Assembly: GCA_964016885.1 (NCBI GenBank)
Contig: OZ024741.1
Span: 377,332,001 to 377,396,000 of the forward strand
DNA: 64,000 nt
Origin: Eledone cirrhosa
Taxonomy: Eukaryota
Direction of reading: 5' to 3'
Shown: in pieces, positions 1 through 12,453 of the stretch
How the letters are laid out: every line of letters begins with the position of its first letter
Position numbering within the stretch: the first letter of the stretch is position 1
The notes under the pieces: model-generated
Told to the model about the DNA's origin: nothing
The model's database searches: none
Seen by the model: only the letters and a program-made list of their open reading frames with translations
Made by a program: the position numbers and the translations under genes

Positions 1-2555
1 TCTCCAGCCCTTATAGTGGGTCTGGGCTAGGTGTTTACACTCGGACACAATGTGAGCCACAGTCTCCTCTCTCTCTCCACAGATCCTGCACAGTGGGCTA
101 GCCTCCTCCTTGTAGATATGGTGCTTCAACCACTTCGTTTTGAGGGCCTGCTCCTGCGCAGCCATTAGCATTCCTTCTGTAGGCTTTTTGAGGTCTCCTC
201 TTCTCAACCAGTTCCATGTCTGTGGATCTCTAAATTCAGTTTTCTCAAAGAAGGTACTATAAAGGGATTTTCCCTTAAGGCTGCTCTTCCTCCTTGATGT
301 TATTTCCTCCTTGGACATCCCCTGGCCTACTGTCCCCTCCTTGAGTACACTTCTGAGCATTGGCTCCTTACTATAGGTCACGTATTTGTATAGGTTGTTT
401 TTCTCCATCTGAACACAGTCCTCTATGCTGATAAGACCTCTTCCACCCTCAGATCTCCTTAGGTAGAGTCTATCGACATCACTCCTCTTGTGGAACATGT
501 TGTAGATAGTCAATAGCTTCCTAGTCTTCCTATCCATTTCTTTTTGTTCAGCAACATTCCATCTCAGAATTCCCGCACTGTACCTAATAATAGACACAGC
601 TCGGGAATTTACTGCGCTTATGGCATTTCTGCTGTTCAGATGTGACTTCAATACGCTCCTTACTCTCCGAATGTATTCAGTTCTTAACAATTCCTTCATT
701 TTTTTGTTCTTTATGCCATCAGCCTCCAGAACGCCCAAATACTTGTATCCTTCCTCAGAGTCAATTTCCTTTATCATCTCACCTGTTGGTATCTGGATCC
801 CGTTACTTCTGCTCAACCTACCCCTCTTCATCACAATGACTCCACATTTACCAATACCAAACTGCATACATATATCACTGCTGAAAATACGGACAGTGTC
901 AACAAGCACATCCAACTCCTTCTCACTTTTCCCGAAGAGCTTAAGATCGTCCATGAAGAGGAGGTGATTGATGGTAAGCTCTCCCCTTCCCAACTTGTAT
1001 CCTGCTCTCACTTTTCGCAGCATAATGGTCAAGGGCATCAGGGCAAGGACAAACAACAGAGGGGACAGGTTATCTCCCTGGAAGATACCTCTCTTGATCT
1101 TCACGCTTCCCAAGGATACTCCAGTTGATGTCAACTCTGTCTCCCAGGACCCCATACTCCTGCCCAGCAACTGTCTGATGTTATCTGCCACCCTGAAGAT
1201 CTCCAGGCTTTTGGTGATCCAGGAATGAGGTACCATGTCAAATGCCTTTCTGTAGTCTATCCATCCCATGGCAAGATCAGTGTGTCTCCTCCTGCAATTC
1301 CCCATTACCATCTTATCAATAAGTAACTGGTCCTTTTTACCACGTGACTTCTTTCGGCATCCTTTCTGTTCGTCCGGTAACAAGTTGTTTGTGTGGAGGT
1401 GATGGTAGATTTCCTCAGACACAATGCTCGTCAACAGTTTCCACATTACGGACAGACATGTGATAGGTCTATAGTTGGTAACATCATTACCCTTGATTCG
1501 GTCTTTCATTATCAGAACTGTGGTACCTTTTGTCAACCACTCTGGCACCTCACCCGACACCAAGCAGTCATTGAACATGGCCGTCAGCTTCGGGTGGAGG
1601 GATGTTAAATGTTTAATCCAATACCCCTGCACACCATCTGGGCCTGGTGATTTCCAGTTGGTTAGTTTTTTGGCCTGCCCCTTAAGAGTTTCAACTGTGA
1701 TACTCAAATCAGTTTGTTGTTGTGCCTGCTCACCGATCTCCCTCTGTACTGTCTCAATCCACCCTGCCTGGGCATTGTGTCTAACATCCTGCTCCCACAT
1801 TCCTCTCCAGAATGTTTTAGTTTGCTCCGCCCCAGGGATCAAGTCGTTGCCTCTTTCTTTCCCCTCAAGCTCTCCAAACAGCATCTTCTGGTTGTTGTCG
1901 AACATGCGGTTCTGTTTATACTGACTGACTCTGTTCTCGTATCGCCTGATTTTTGCACTCTTTGCTACAATGCGTTGCTTCAGTTCCTCTATGATAATAT
2001 TTAGCTTTTTCCTCCTAGTTTTGTATTTTATTTCCAGTCTATTTTTAGTGCCTATGTTTTTTAGTGTCCCATTCAGTAGTGACTCAAGCTTTCCTATGTC
2101 ATTTCTCATTTCCCCGATTTGCCCACTCAGTCGCTTCTTCCACCACGGCTCTGCTCTTTCTTGTCTGTTGTTTCCTCTCGCTTTTATACCAAGTAGTTTC
2201 CTCACCGTATTTGCTGTTGCTTTGAGGATATTGTTGCACTGGTGAAGGCTCCTCGCCTCAAGGTATGGGATGACTTTGTTTACCTTAGCTGTTGTTTCTT
2301 TTAACTTTTTCCTGTCTACAAATCTTAGGTTCATAGGTCTCCCACTATCATTGTTCAATTCATCTACCACTAAATTTAGGATGTCAACCGAATCTTGTCC
2401 TAGCCCGTCAGCATTCATCTCCTCAGTGGCCGTATCTCTGTTCCAGGTATTATTTATCTCAGTATTCAGATCATTGTCTGCTTCGGGTGGTTCCTCCGCT
2501 CTCAGGACCTCCTCACCTTCATTTCCCGCCGGCTCGCTTGTCTGGCATACTACAC

Positions 2556-2556
<1 letters not shown>
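1..2556 (-). mobile_element. R4/Dong-like non-LTR retrotransposon, family A, 5'-truncated copy running off the left edge
   Basis: Near-identical to 3171-5726 (offset 3170; about 7 substitutions seen by eye). It stops abruptly at ...CATACTACACC and is followed by (ATT)n. Confidence 0.95.
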
Positions 2557-2599
<43 letters not shown>

Positions 2600-2604
2600 T
2601 TATT
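2557..2604. repeat. (ATT/TAA)n microsatellite between two family A copies
   Basis: Directly visible trinucleotide tract. Confidence 0.95.
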
Positions 2605-5600
2605 ACTGTTGTTATTCCTTGAATCTCAGTCATTGATGTTGGTTAACTGGAAAGTCCGTTGGAATGAATATCAAGCCACTACCTGCAGCCTCAGATATTC
2701 AGGACGTATCGGAGGGTTATTGCTGTTCCCAGCAAGCATGCCTTTTGAAGCGTTCCAAAAAGCGTGAAGGGGCCGATTTTCTTTAACCATCCCTGGAAAC
2801 CTTTGGAGATAGTCCCCAGTGCGCCTATGACAATCGGGATCACTTTGACTTCATGGCAGTTCCAAATCCTTTTCACCTCCCACTTTAGGTCCTGGTATCG
2901 GTTAATTTTCTCCCTCTCCTCTTGCACTCTCGTGTCGAAAGGGCAGGCCACGTCCACAATCAGACACGATCTTTTTTCTTTGTCCACAACCACCAGGTCA
3001 GGTCTATTGTGTTCCAGTTTTTTGTCCGTCTGTATCCTAAAATCCCACAGCACCTTCACCTGATTGTTCTCCATCACCGCCTCTGGCCTATGCTCATACC
3101 ATTTCTCAGAATGTGGTAAATTGTTTACTTTGCACAGGTGCCAGTGGATCACCCTGCCCATCACATCGTGTCTCCAGCCCTTATAGTGGGTCTGGGCTAG
3201 GTGTTTACACTCGGACACAATGTGAGCCACAGTCTCCTCTCTCTCTCCACAGATCCTGCACAGTGGGCTAGCCTCCTCCTTGTAGATATGGTGCTTCAAC
3301 CACTTCGTTTTGAGGGCCTGCTCCTGCGCAGCCATTAGCATTCCTTCTGTAGGCTTTTTGAGGTCTCCTCTTCTCAACCAGTTCCATGTCTGTGGATCTC
3401 TAAATTCAGTTTTCTCAAAGAAGGTACTATAAAGGGATTTTCCCTTAAGGCTGCTCTTCCTCCTTGATGTTATTTCCTCCTTGGACATCCCCTGGCCTAC
3501 TGTCCCCTCCTTGAGTACACTTCTGAGCATTGGCTCCTTACTATAGGTCACGTATTTGTATAGGTTGTTTTTCTCCATCTGAACACAGTCCTCTATGCTG
3601 ATAAGACCTCTTCCACCCTCAGATCTCCTTAGGTAGAGTCTATCGACATCACTCCTCTTGTGGAACATGTTGTAGATAGTCAATAGCTTCCTAGTCTTCC
3701 TATCCATTTCTTTTTGTTCAGCAACATTCCATCTCAGAATTCCCGCACTGTACCTAATAATAGACACAGCTCGGGAATTTACTGCGCTTATGGCATTTCT
3801 GCTGTTCAGATGTGACTTCAATACGCTCCTTACTCTCCGAATGTATTCAGTTCTTAACAATTCCTTCATTTTTTTGTTCTTTATGCCATCAGCCTCCAGA
3901 ACGCCCAAATACTTGTATCCTTCCTCAGAATCAATTTCCTTTATCATCTCACCTGTTGGTATCTGGATCCCGTTACTTCTGCTCAACCTACCCCTCTTCA
4001 TCACAATGACTCCACATTTACCAATACCAAACTGCATACATATATCACTGCTGAAAATACGGACAGTGTCAACAAGCACATCCAACTCCTTCTCACTTTT
4101 CCCGAAGAGCTTAAGATCGTCCATGAAGAGGAGGTGATTGATGGTAAGCTCTCCCCTTCCCAACTTGTATCCTGCTCTCACTTTTCGCAGCATAATGGTC
4201 AAGGGCATCAGGGCAAGGACAAACAACAGAGGGGACAGGTTATCTCCCTGGAAGATACCTCTCTTGATCTTCACGCTTCCCAAGGAAACTCCAGTTGATG
4301 TCAACTCTGTCTCCCAGGACCCCATACTCCTGCCCAGCAACTGTCTGATGTTATCTGCCACCCTGAAGATCTCCAGGCTTTTGGTGATCCAGGAATGAGG
4401 TACCATGTCAAATGCCTTTCTGTAGTCTATCCATCCCATGGCAAGATCAGTGTGTCTCCTCCTGCAATTCCCCATTACCATCTTATCAATAAGTAACTGG
4501 TCCTTTTTACCACGTGACTTCTTTCGGCATCCTTTCTGTTCGTCCGGTAACAAGTTGTTTGTGTGGAGGTGATGGTAGATTTCCTCAGACACAATGCTCG
4601 TCAACAGTTTCCACATTACGGACAGACATGTGATAGGTCTATAGTTGGTAACATCATTACCCTTGATTCGGTCTTTCATTATCAGAACTGTGGTACCTTT
4701 TGTCAACCACTCTGGCACCTCACCCGACACCAAGCAGTCATTGAACATGGCCGTCAGCTTCGGGTGGAGGGATGTTAAATGTTTAATCCAATACCCCTGC
4801 ACACCATCTGGGCCTGGTGATTTCCAGTTGGTTAGTTTTTTGGCCTGCCCCTTAAGAGTTTCAACTGTGATACTCAAATCAGTTTGTTGTTGTGCCTGCT
4901 CACCGATCTCCCTCTGTACTGTCTCAATCCACCCTGCCTGGGCATTGTGTCTAACATCCTGCTCCCATATTCCTCTCCAGAATGTTTTAGTTTGCTCCGC
5001 CCCAGGGATCAAGTCGTTGCCTCTTTCTTTCCCCTCAAGCTCTCCAAACAGCATCTTCTGGTTGTTGTCGAACATGCGGTTCTGTTTATACTGACTGACT
5101 CTGTTCTCGTATCGCCTGATTTTTGCACTCTTTGCTACAATGCGTTGCTTCAGTTCCTCTATGATAATATTTAGCTTTTTCCTCCTAGTTTTGTATTTTA
5201 TTTCCAGTCTATTTTTAGTGCCTATGTTTTTTAGTGTCCCATTCAGTAGTGACTCAAGCTTTCCTATGTCATTTCTCATTTCCCCGATTTGCCCACTCAG
5301 TCGCTTCTTCCACCACGGCTCTGCTCTTTCTTGTCTGTTGTTTCCTCTCGCTTTTATACCAAGTAGTTTCCTCACCGTATTTGCTGTTGCTTTGAGGATA
5401 TTGTTGCACTGGTGAAGGCTCCTCGCCTCAAGGTATGGGATGACTTTGTTTACCTTAGCTGTTGTTTCTTTTAACTTTTTCCTGTCTACAAATCTTAGGT
5501 TCATAGGTCTCCCACTATCATTGTTCAATTCATCTACCACTAAATTTAGGATGTCAACCGAATCTTGTCCTAGCCCGTCAGCATTCATCTCCTCAGTGGC

Positions 5601-6087
5601 CGTATCTCTGTTCCAGGTATTATTTATCTCAGTATTCAGATCATTGTCTGCTTCGGGTGGTTCCTCCGTTCTCAGGACCTCTTCACCTTCATTTCCCACT
5701 GGCTCGCTTGTCTGGCATACTACACCCGCCATCTCCAAGCCATTCTCTCTGCTCAGTTCCTCCAGTTCCAGCTCGCTTATCCATCTATTAGTTCTTATTA
5801 CCCGAGCCTGCCCGGCCAATTTTTGTTCATCTAATTTAAATAAACCAATCTCGTTCCAGATGTTATGCATCCGTCTCCTGTAGCCCCTCTCCTTGGGGTT
5901 ACTCTTCAGGTAACATTGCATAACAGTTCTATTCAATTCTTTCGTCCAGTTGGTTCTGGCCCCTTTCCTTCTTCTCCTTCCTCCAACATCAGCAGTATTT
6001 GGTTGACAGTCAGGTACCTGCTGCTGAGCCAGGGGGCACCTGTTGGGTGAGAGTCTGTCACATGACGTTCTAGTCTCCATTTCACCG
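2605..6087 (-). mobile_element. R4/Dong-like non-LTR retrotransposon, family A, near full length, inserted in (TAA)n
   Basis: Single ORF plus an ~85-nt 3' UTR (2605-2690) that recurs at 34874-34959. (TAA)n lies on both sides. TAA-repeat targeting is established for Dong (R4 clade). Confidence 0.93.
2691..6080 (-). CDS. Reverse transcriptase with C-terminal CCHC finger and restriction-like endonuclease (1129 aa)
   Basis: Motifs KSPGPDG, NYRPITCL, WIDYRKAFDMVPH, GIFQGDNLSP, HLLFMDDLKL, YKYLG, GGRGL, CRICx8Hx4C, RHD, RPDLVVVD, EKINRY, IVIGALG. Confidence 0.95.
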   Translation of the reverse strand: METRTSCDRLSPNRCPLAQQQVPDCQPNTADVGGRRRRKGARTNWTKELNRTVMQCYLKSNPKERGYRRRMHNIWNEIGLFKLDEQKLAGQARVIRTNRWISELELEELSRENGLEMAGVVCQTSEPVGNEGEEVLRTEEPPEADNDLNTEINNTWNRDTATEEMNADGLGQDSVDILNLVVDELNNDSGRPMNLRFVDRKKLKETTAKVNKVIPYLEARSLHQCNNILKATANTVRKLLGIKARGNNRQERAEPWWKKRLSGQIGEMRNDIGKLESLLNGTLKNIGTKNRLEIKYKTRRKKLNIIIEELKQRIVAKSAKIRRYENRVSQYKQNRMFDNNQKMLFGELEGKERGNDLIPGAEQTKTFWRGIWEQDVRHNAQAGWIETVQREIGEQAQQQTDLSITVETLKGQAKKLTNWKSPGPDGVQGYWIKHLTSLHPKLTAMFNDCLVSGEVPEWLTKGTTVLIMKDRIKGNDVTNYRPITCLSVMWKLLTSIVSEEIYHHLHTNNLLPDEQKGCRKKSRGKKDQLLIDKMVMGNCRRRHTDLAMGWIDYRKAFDMVPHSWITKSLEIFRVADNIRQLLGRSMGSWETELTSTGVSLGSVKIKRGIFQGDNLSPLLFVLALMPLTIMLRKVRAGYKLGRGELTINHLLFMDDLKLFGKSEKELDVLVDTVRIFSSDICMQFGIGKCGVIVMKRGRLSRSNGIQIPTGEMIKEIDSEEGYKYLGVLEADGIKNKKMKELLRTEYIRRVRSVLKSHLNSRNAISAVNSRAVSIIRYSAGILRWNVAEQKEMDRKTRKLLTIYNMFHKRSDVDRLYLRRSEGGRGLISIEDCVQMEKNNLYKYVTYSKEPMLRSVLKEGTVGQGMSKEEITSRRKSSLKGKSLYSTFFEKTEFRDPQTWNWLRRGDLKKPTEGMLMAAQEQALKTKWLKHHIYKEEASPLCRICGEREETVAHIVSECKHLAQTHYKGWRHDVMGRVIHWHLCKVNNLPHSEKWYEHRPEAVMENNQVKVLWDFRIQTDKKLEHNRPDLVVVDKEKRSCLIVDVACPFDTRVQEEREKINRYQDLKWEVKRIWNCHEVKVIPIVIGALGTISKGFQGWLKKIGPFTLFGTLQKACLLGTAITLRYVLNI

Positions 6088-6115
6088 TTATTATTATTAT
6101 TATTATTATTATTAT
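6088..6115. repeat. (TTA)n microsatellite
   Basis: Directly visible. Confidence 0.95.
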
Positions 6116-6323
6116 TTGCATTTATCTTGCTTTATGTTTATACGAGTTATCACCAAGTCACAACCAGTGACCTCAAGAGACAACAAGGTCCGCCATGTTC
6201 AAGAAAGAACACACATATTCACACATGCATCCTTAGTGTTTAGACTTGTGATGTACTTATATTGACAGGATCTTCCTTAGTATATGGGCAGTTCCCATTA
6301 GTACTATCTTTTGTATTTCTCCT
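6116..6323 (-). mobile_element. R4/Dong-like family B, ~200-bp 3'-end fragment
   Basis: Matches 6356-6563 (last codons EIQKIVLMGTAHILRKILSI* plus 3' UTR) and is flanked by (TTA)n. Confidence 0.9.
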
Positions 6324-6349
6324 ATTATTATTATTATTATTATTATTAT

Positions 6350-7467
6350 TACAGTTGCATTTATCTTGCTTTATGTTCATACGAGTTATCACCAAGTCAC
6401 AACCAGTGCCCTCAAGAGACAGCAAGGTCTGCCATGTTCAAGAAAGAACATACATATTCACACATGCATCTTTAGTGTTTAGACTTGTGATGTACTTATA
6501 TTGACAGAATCTTCCTTAGTATATGGGCAGTTCCCATTAGTACTATCTTTTGTATTTCTCCTATACGCGGGTTTCCTGGGATTTGCAATATGTAATCATT
6601 AGACCCCTTAGGTATCATTCCCAGAGCGCCTACAACCACTGGTATTGTTTTAGTTCTCAATTTCGACATTTTTCCAATTTCCATCTCCAGGTCCTTATAC
6701 TTGTTCAATTTTTCAAATGTTTTTATAGATACATTCTTGTCTATTGGAACAGACATATCAATTAGCAGGCATATCCTCTTTTGAAAGTCTTTCAATATTA
6801 TATCAGGTCTGTTTGCATCTATTTTTCTGTCTGTTTGGATGCTAAAGTTCCACAAGATTGAGATGTGATCTTGTTCAAGTATAGGAGGTGGTTGATGCTC
6901 CCACCAATTCTTTTGATGGGGCAGGTCAAAATGCTTACACATTATCCAATGTATGTATTGTGCAGCTCTGTCATGCCTGTTTAGGTATTTCGGTTGGAGC
7001 TATAGGACTGCACATTGAAATTATATGGTCAATGGTCTCTGGTTGTTTTTTGCATACACGGCATAATGGGCTGCACCCATTTTTTATTATGTTGCTTTGG
7101 TAATTTTTTGTTGGCAGACACTGATCATGTGCCGATATAATCAGTCCTTCAGTCTCCGATTTCAGTCCAGAGGATGCCAACCACTGATGGGTTAAAGTGT
7201 TGTCAACATCAGGATTGTTAGCTCGCTCTGAGTATTTTCCATACAGAGGCTTTTCTTGCCATTTCTTAGCCAGTTTCTGTAGCAGTTCTTTCTTTGCAGT
7301 TACTTTTACCTGCTTTGCTTTTTCTGTGTTTTCCATTTCAGCAGTAAATGGGACTTCTGAAATGTGTAGTCCATTACTGTATCTTTGTGCATATTTTGTA
7401 ATGGAATATGATCTTTTGATGCTTTCGTGTTTCAAAACGAGTTTGATCATCCAATCATGTGATTCCC
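6350..7467 (-). mobile_element. R4/Dong-like family B, 1.1-kb 5'-truncated copy with a frameshifted RLE region
   Basis: ORFs 6971-7450 and 6496-6942 contain LKSETEGLIISA, CRVC..ETIDHIISMC, NRPDIILKD, EKLNKY, VVGALG. (TTA)n lies on both sides. Confidence 0.92.

Positions 7468-7520
<53 letters not shown>
7468..7520. repeat. (TTA/ATT)n tract shared head-to-head by family B and Tx1-A
   Basis: Directly visible. Confidence 0.95.
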
Positions 7521-7729
7521 GGCGACCTACGTAGTAAATCATATCATCGTGAGCTCTGCAACGGTTTGTTATTTCCGTTTGTTAAACATTGCCATTTATG
7601 GAAAATTTGTATTGTTAACTATATATAAGCGCACATACATTGTTTTCCGAAAAGGACACCCAAAAAGATTGGGGCCTTGTGCCCAAAATTTAAACTTTTA
7701 TGATTATCAAAAAATTTATTTGAAAAAAA

Positions 7730-9014
7730 ATGGCTAACTCACCACTGCAGCAAGCAGCTGAAAGCCTTTCTCACAAATTAACACATCACACCGACACCAC
7801 CATTGTAAATGATTATACGTCTGCCAACACAAACAATTTAAGCACTAGCAATATTATAAATTTGTCTCAGGCAGACATTCATTTCCCGCCATTACCAATG
7901 ACTGCAGGTGTTAAAGCCGCCAACTACCACCACCGCGACAACCACCACCCCCATCACCACCGCGACAACAGAAACAAAAGGAAAAAATATATCAATTCGT
8001 GATGTCGAAATATTTTCAACCAAAATGGACTCTCCCAGACCGAACTTCACTGACGTCACCACCACCACAACTGAAACTAAAATTAATAATAACAAAAATA
8101 ACGATAGCAACAACAACAACAGTGACATTAAAAAAAACCACCCTGAGTTTTGCCAGAGTAGCAAAACAGTGCGAAGCATTTACGGTAACTCAGGAGGAAT
8201 TAGAAAATGCCAAACAAATGGTAAAGAAAGATGGGTACAGGGTCAGCCTCATCCCCCCCCCTAATAAAATGGAGCATCGGCGCCTATGCACCGTGTCGTA
8301 TCGAACAATAAATGTAAAATCGCGCCGAGTGGAACGGGCATCCGAGTCCCAAATCCAAAAAGCTTTGGGACATGTGTGGGCAAGAAAAACCCACATCAGA
8401 CGTGGGCAGAAGTATGGAACCGTGGACGCGTTCTTTGAAACACCAGAGCAGGCTAGAGAACACTGCATGGCCCCATTAAGAAGTGACGACTTCACACTCG
8501 TCCCAAGCTATTGTGACCAGAGACTCGTAAAATCAGGGTGACCCACGTTCCACCGGCCATCGAAATTCCCTGGCTAATAGCGGCCGTCCTCGAGACACCA
8601 ACACCATCACCATCATTAACCCCAACACCACCATCACCTACACCGCAAAAGTCACCAAAATGCGAAACAGAAATAAACCCACAACAAACGCAAACAAAAC
8701 AAAACAACCAAAACGATACACACTACAGAGCATTAAATTTGAACAACAAGCAATTATTACACTACATCCAACACAACCCCAGCATCACAGACAAAGACTA
8801 CACAACAACCCAAAAATTCACACCACCTCCACACACACAAATCACTCGCATCACACAGAAAACGTACATGACACTAAAACAAAAATTCCCCAAAGACATC
8901 GGAGACTTCCGACAAGCACTCTCCAGGAGGATTTATAAGGACATCCTTCCTGAGGAGGCCACAAGCAGTGAAAAGGATGGAGAAACCGTCCTTCCTCTGC
9001 GAGAAGTAAGGTAA
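7730..9014 (+). pseudogene. Tx1-A ORF1, frameshifted
   Basis: Fragments 7730-8002, 7908-8264, 7999-8541 and 8538-9014. Segments such as LENAKQMV..SLIPPP, YGTV and WLIAA align with Tx1-B ORF1 (LAEAKKHI..SINPPP, YGSI, WWAIA). Confidence 0.75.
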
Positions 9015-9048
9015 GTGGTCTTTCCCATCTTTTCCACTCCTTTTCAAC

Positions 9049-12000
9049 ATGACCTCACTCAGAATAGGCAGCATAAATGCGCGTGGCTTGGGGTCGTCAT
9101 GGAAGCAGGGCCACCTGCTCAACGACCTCAGGTCACCAAACATAGATGTAGTGGCCATCAGCGAGACCAGAATCTCCGAAGCACGGGCCTTCGCACCGAT
9201 CTTCGGTGGCTACGATGTGTACGCATCTCCTAGCCGTCCGGGATTGGGGGGAGGGGTTGCTGTGCTTTTTCGGAGAGGTTTGGATCTTGCCATACGGGCC
9301 ATCTTCCTGGACGCAGAAGGTAAGTTGGTTGTGCTGGATGTGACCAGCGGAGACGGGCAAGCTTTCAGGTTAGTGGCCGTCTATGCCCCGACAGGAGCAG
9401 GGCGGCCTGATTTCTTTCGGCGCCTTGAGACCTTTCTTGGAACGTCCCGCTCTTTAGTGTTAGTGGACGACTGGAACGGGATCTTAGATGCACGCTGGGA
9501 TTTTGTGGGATTAGTGGATAGGGAAGGAGGGTGCAAGAGTCTCACCAACCTGCCAGACGTTTTGAACTGTCTGACAGGTACCGAATGTACCAATGTGGAC
9601 TTGGACAAATCGGATTGAGTCATCCAGATCATATCTAGATAGAGTATTTTGTAGGGAAATAGATAGGTATATCATAGGCTGTCCACAATTCAAGATAATC
9701 AGCTACACGGACAACACATTCGTAATCTGTGTGCTTGACTTAGATAGGTTTCCTAGACGAGGACCCGGCTACTGGAAGCTAAACGCGTCCTTACCAGCGC
9801 GCAAGGCCTACAGAGACCGGATTAGCGAACTAGTTAAGCGGGGGTTGACGGGGGTCATCGTCAACAACAAGTGCTGGTTTGCTCTGAAAAGAGCAATTAG
9901 AATAGAGTCCATTAGGTTTAGTAAGGCTTTAGCAATAGAGAAAAATAGAGCAGAGGGAAAATTAGTTAGAAACTTAGACGGGGCGCTTAGCAAAGGTATC
10001 GCGACCGACGTACTTGCAGCGAAATTGGCCCTTGACCAATTCTTCAATGCAAAGCGCGAAGGCTGCGTTGTCAGAGCTAGGGTGCGTGCTCTCAGACACG
10101 AGGGGACGAAAGCCGTTCAATGGGCCCGAGTGGCGGAGGCGCGTCGTGGCAACAAAGCCACGATCCGGTCTTTGGTGGACCATGATGTGCGCATGCTGCT
10201 CGATCCCGGGCAAATGTGTGAAGCTTTTCAGCGACACTTCGCTCAACTGTTCGGGGGCAGTGGCGGGCCGGATCAAGGGATGGACTTTAGTGTCTACCTC
10301 GACGGACTGCCGCGGATTTCGGCCACTGAGGCGGGGTGTTGCGAAAAGCCAATAACAACCGCTGAAGTACGGGAGGCAATGACTGGCTGCACAAGGGTTA
10401 AATCGCCCGGTTTGGATGGTATGCCCTATGAAATTTACCTACAAATGCCAAACTTGTTCGGAGGCCTCTTGGCGGACGTCTACTGTAACTGGCAACAGAA
10501 CGGGAGAATTCCCAGCTCTGTGAGCCGAGGAGCGGTGGCGCTGCTGAGAAAGGATCCGAACAAGGGGTATAAGATAGATAATTTTAGGTCCATAACTCTG
10601 CTAAACACAGAGTTAAAGATTTTGGCCAAGGTGCTAACAAAGAGGTTGGCGCTTGTCGTTGGTGGTCTGGTTGGAGAGGCACAGACATGCGCCATTCCCG
10701 ACAGATCCATCCACGACAACCTCCACCTCATGCGAAACATCGTAGAGAGGATAGCTAGGGAACATGGCACGGGTGGGTATTTCATCAATTTAGATCAGTC
10801 GAAAGCCTTCGATAGGGTCGACCATCGCTACCTAGAGGCAGTCCTGAGGGCGGCTGGCTTTGGGCCCGTCTTCAGAGGCTGGATCGCTGCCATGCACAGC
10901 GACATCTGCTCTGTAGTGAGAGTGAACGGTCACCTTTCGGAACCGTTCAACATCATGCGCTCGGTCCGCCAAGGATGTCGCCTCTCGTCACTATTGTACG
11001 TATTTACTCTCGAACCAATACTGCACAAACTGGAGACGTTGAGGGGGGTCCCGCGCGATTAGGATGCGGAAGTTCAGTGTCAGCATATGCGGACGATGTC
11101 ACCGTAGTGGTGTCGAACGCCAAACACATCGAGGCGATCGGCACTACACTAAGAGAATACGAAGCGGTGACAGGAGCAATGATCAACCAGGAAAAGTCAG
11201 TGGGCCTGCAGCTCGGCACCTGGAGAGGCAGGTCCATGCCGTCCAACAGCCGCGTCGGGCGCTGGACGGACGGACCGGTTAAATTGCTAGGGGTCTGGTT
11301 CCGTCCTGACCTCCAGACGGACAAAAACTGGGACGAGGTGACGAGCAGGGTGGCTTCTCTCACCCAGAAATGGGCCGAGAGGAAACTATCCCTGAAAGGC
11401 CGAGCGGAGGTGGCTAATGCGTACATCGCGTCCGTCATCTACTACCGCCTGACCGTCGTACCTTGTCCTAAACCCCGCCTGACTGCGCTGGAGCGTTTGC
11501 TCTTTCGCTTCTTGTGGAAGGGACGGGCTCCGATGGTTAGGCGGTCCATCTGCTGTCAACACCCGCTACGTGGAGCGCTGGGCATGCCATGGTCGATGAT
11601 GCGCAGACACGCGCTCAGGCTACGACATCTCCACCTCTTCCTCGACGGTGATCAGGTGTGGTCGCCGTTTGCTAGACACGTTTTTCCCCAGCTCGTCTCC
11701 TTGACGGAGCTGCAGTCCTGGGTCAAGCGAAGACCGAGAGGGAGCGCTTGGAGACTGAACTGTCTTCAGGCGCTCACAGCCGTCGACCAATCGGGCAATG
11801 TGATCGGTGGAAACTCTACCTTGGCGTTCTATAGGGGATTAGTGGAGGGGAAGAGCGACGACGTACTTGGAGAAACTCTAGCCGTCGACGAAAATCAACT
11901 AGCCAGTCTCTTCGGAAGGACTTTCGGGCCGGGGCCTATGGACAACTTTCAGAAATCCCTAGCCTGGCAGTTCTACCGGGGAGCTTTGCCAGTTCGGGAT

Positions 12001-12453
12001 AAACTCTACAGGCATGGAGGTGCCGTCAGCCGGGCATGTCCGAGATGCGCACAGGGTGACGAAACCATCCTGCACGCACTCGTCCAGTGTCCGAGCATTG
12101 CTGACTTGTGGGTTTATGTCGAACACCTGCTGTCACGTGTAGGACGGATCCAGCTATCAGCTGAGTCCATCGTGAGGATTGCCCCACCCTCTTCCTTTAG
12201 CCTGGAAGGGCAGGCAGTTTTTATCTGTCTGGTGGCCATGGCGAAAGAGATAGTATGGTGGACACGTTTGAAAGGGCTGAAGACGAGCACTTACCTCTTC
12301 GGTGATGCCCTGATTAACTTTTTCAAATTTCATTTGAAAAGGAAAATCAGGGTAGATAGGGAAGTGCTCTCTTCCCAGCATTTTGTTGAAAGATGGGTGA
12401 GAGAAGCAATTATGGCCCGAATGAATGGGCCTTCTCTGAGTATGTGTCTGTAA
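9049..12453 (+). pseudogene. Tx1-A ORF2 (APE endonuclease, RT, C-terminal zinc finger), frameshifted
   Basis: Motifs SINARGL, ISETR, AVYAP, DWN, GYWKLN, KSPGLDG, LDQSKAFDRVDH, VRQGC, YADD, LSLKGR, CPRC..ETILHALVQC. Confidence 0.93.

Noticed and set aside
1-5726. Assembly artefact as the explanation for the 3170-bp duplication
   Set aside because: The copies differ at several sites and have distinct 5' junctions. Not fully excluded without reads.
620-5883. Many plus-strand ORFs, duplicated at a 3170-bp offset
   Set aside because: Antisense shadows of the Dong-A RT ORF with no independent motifs.
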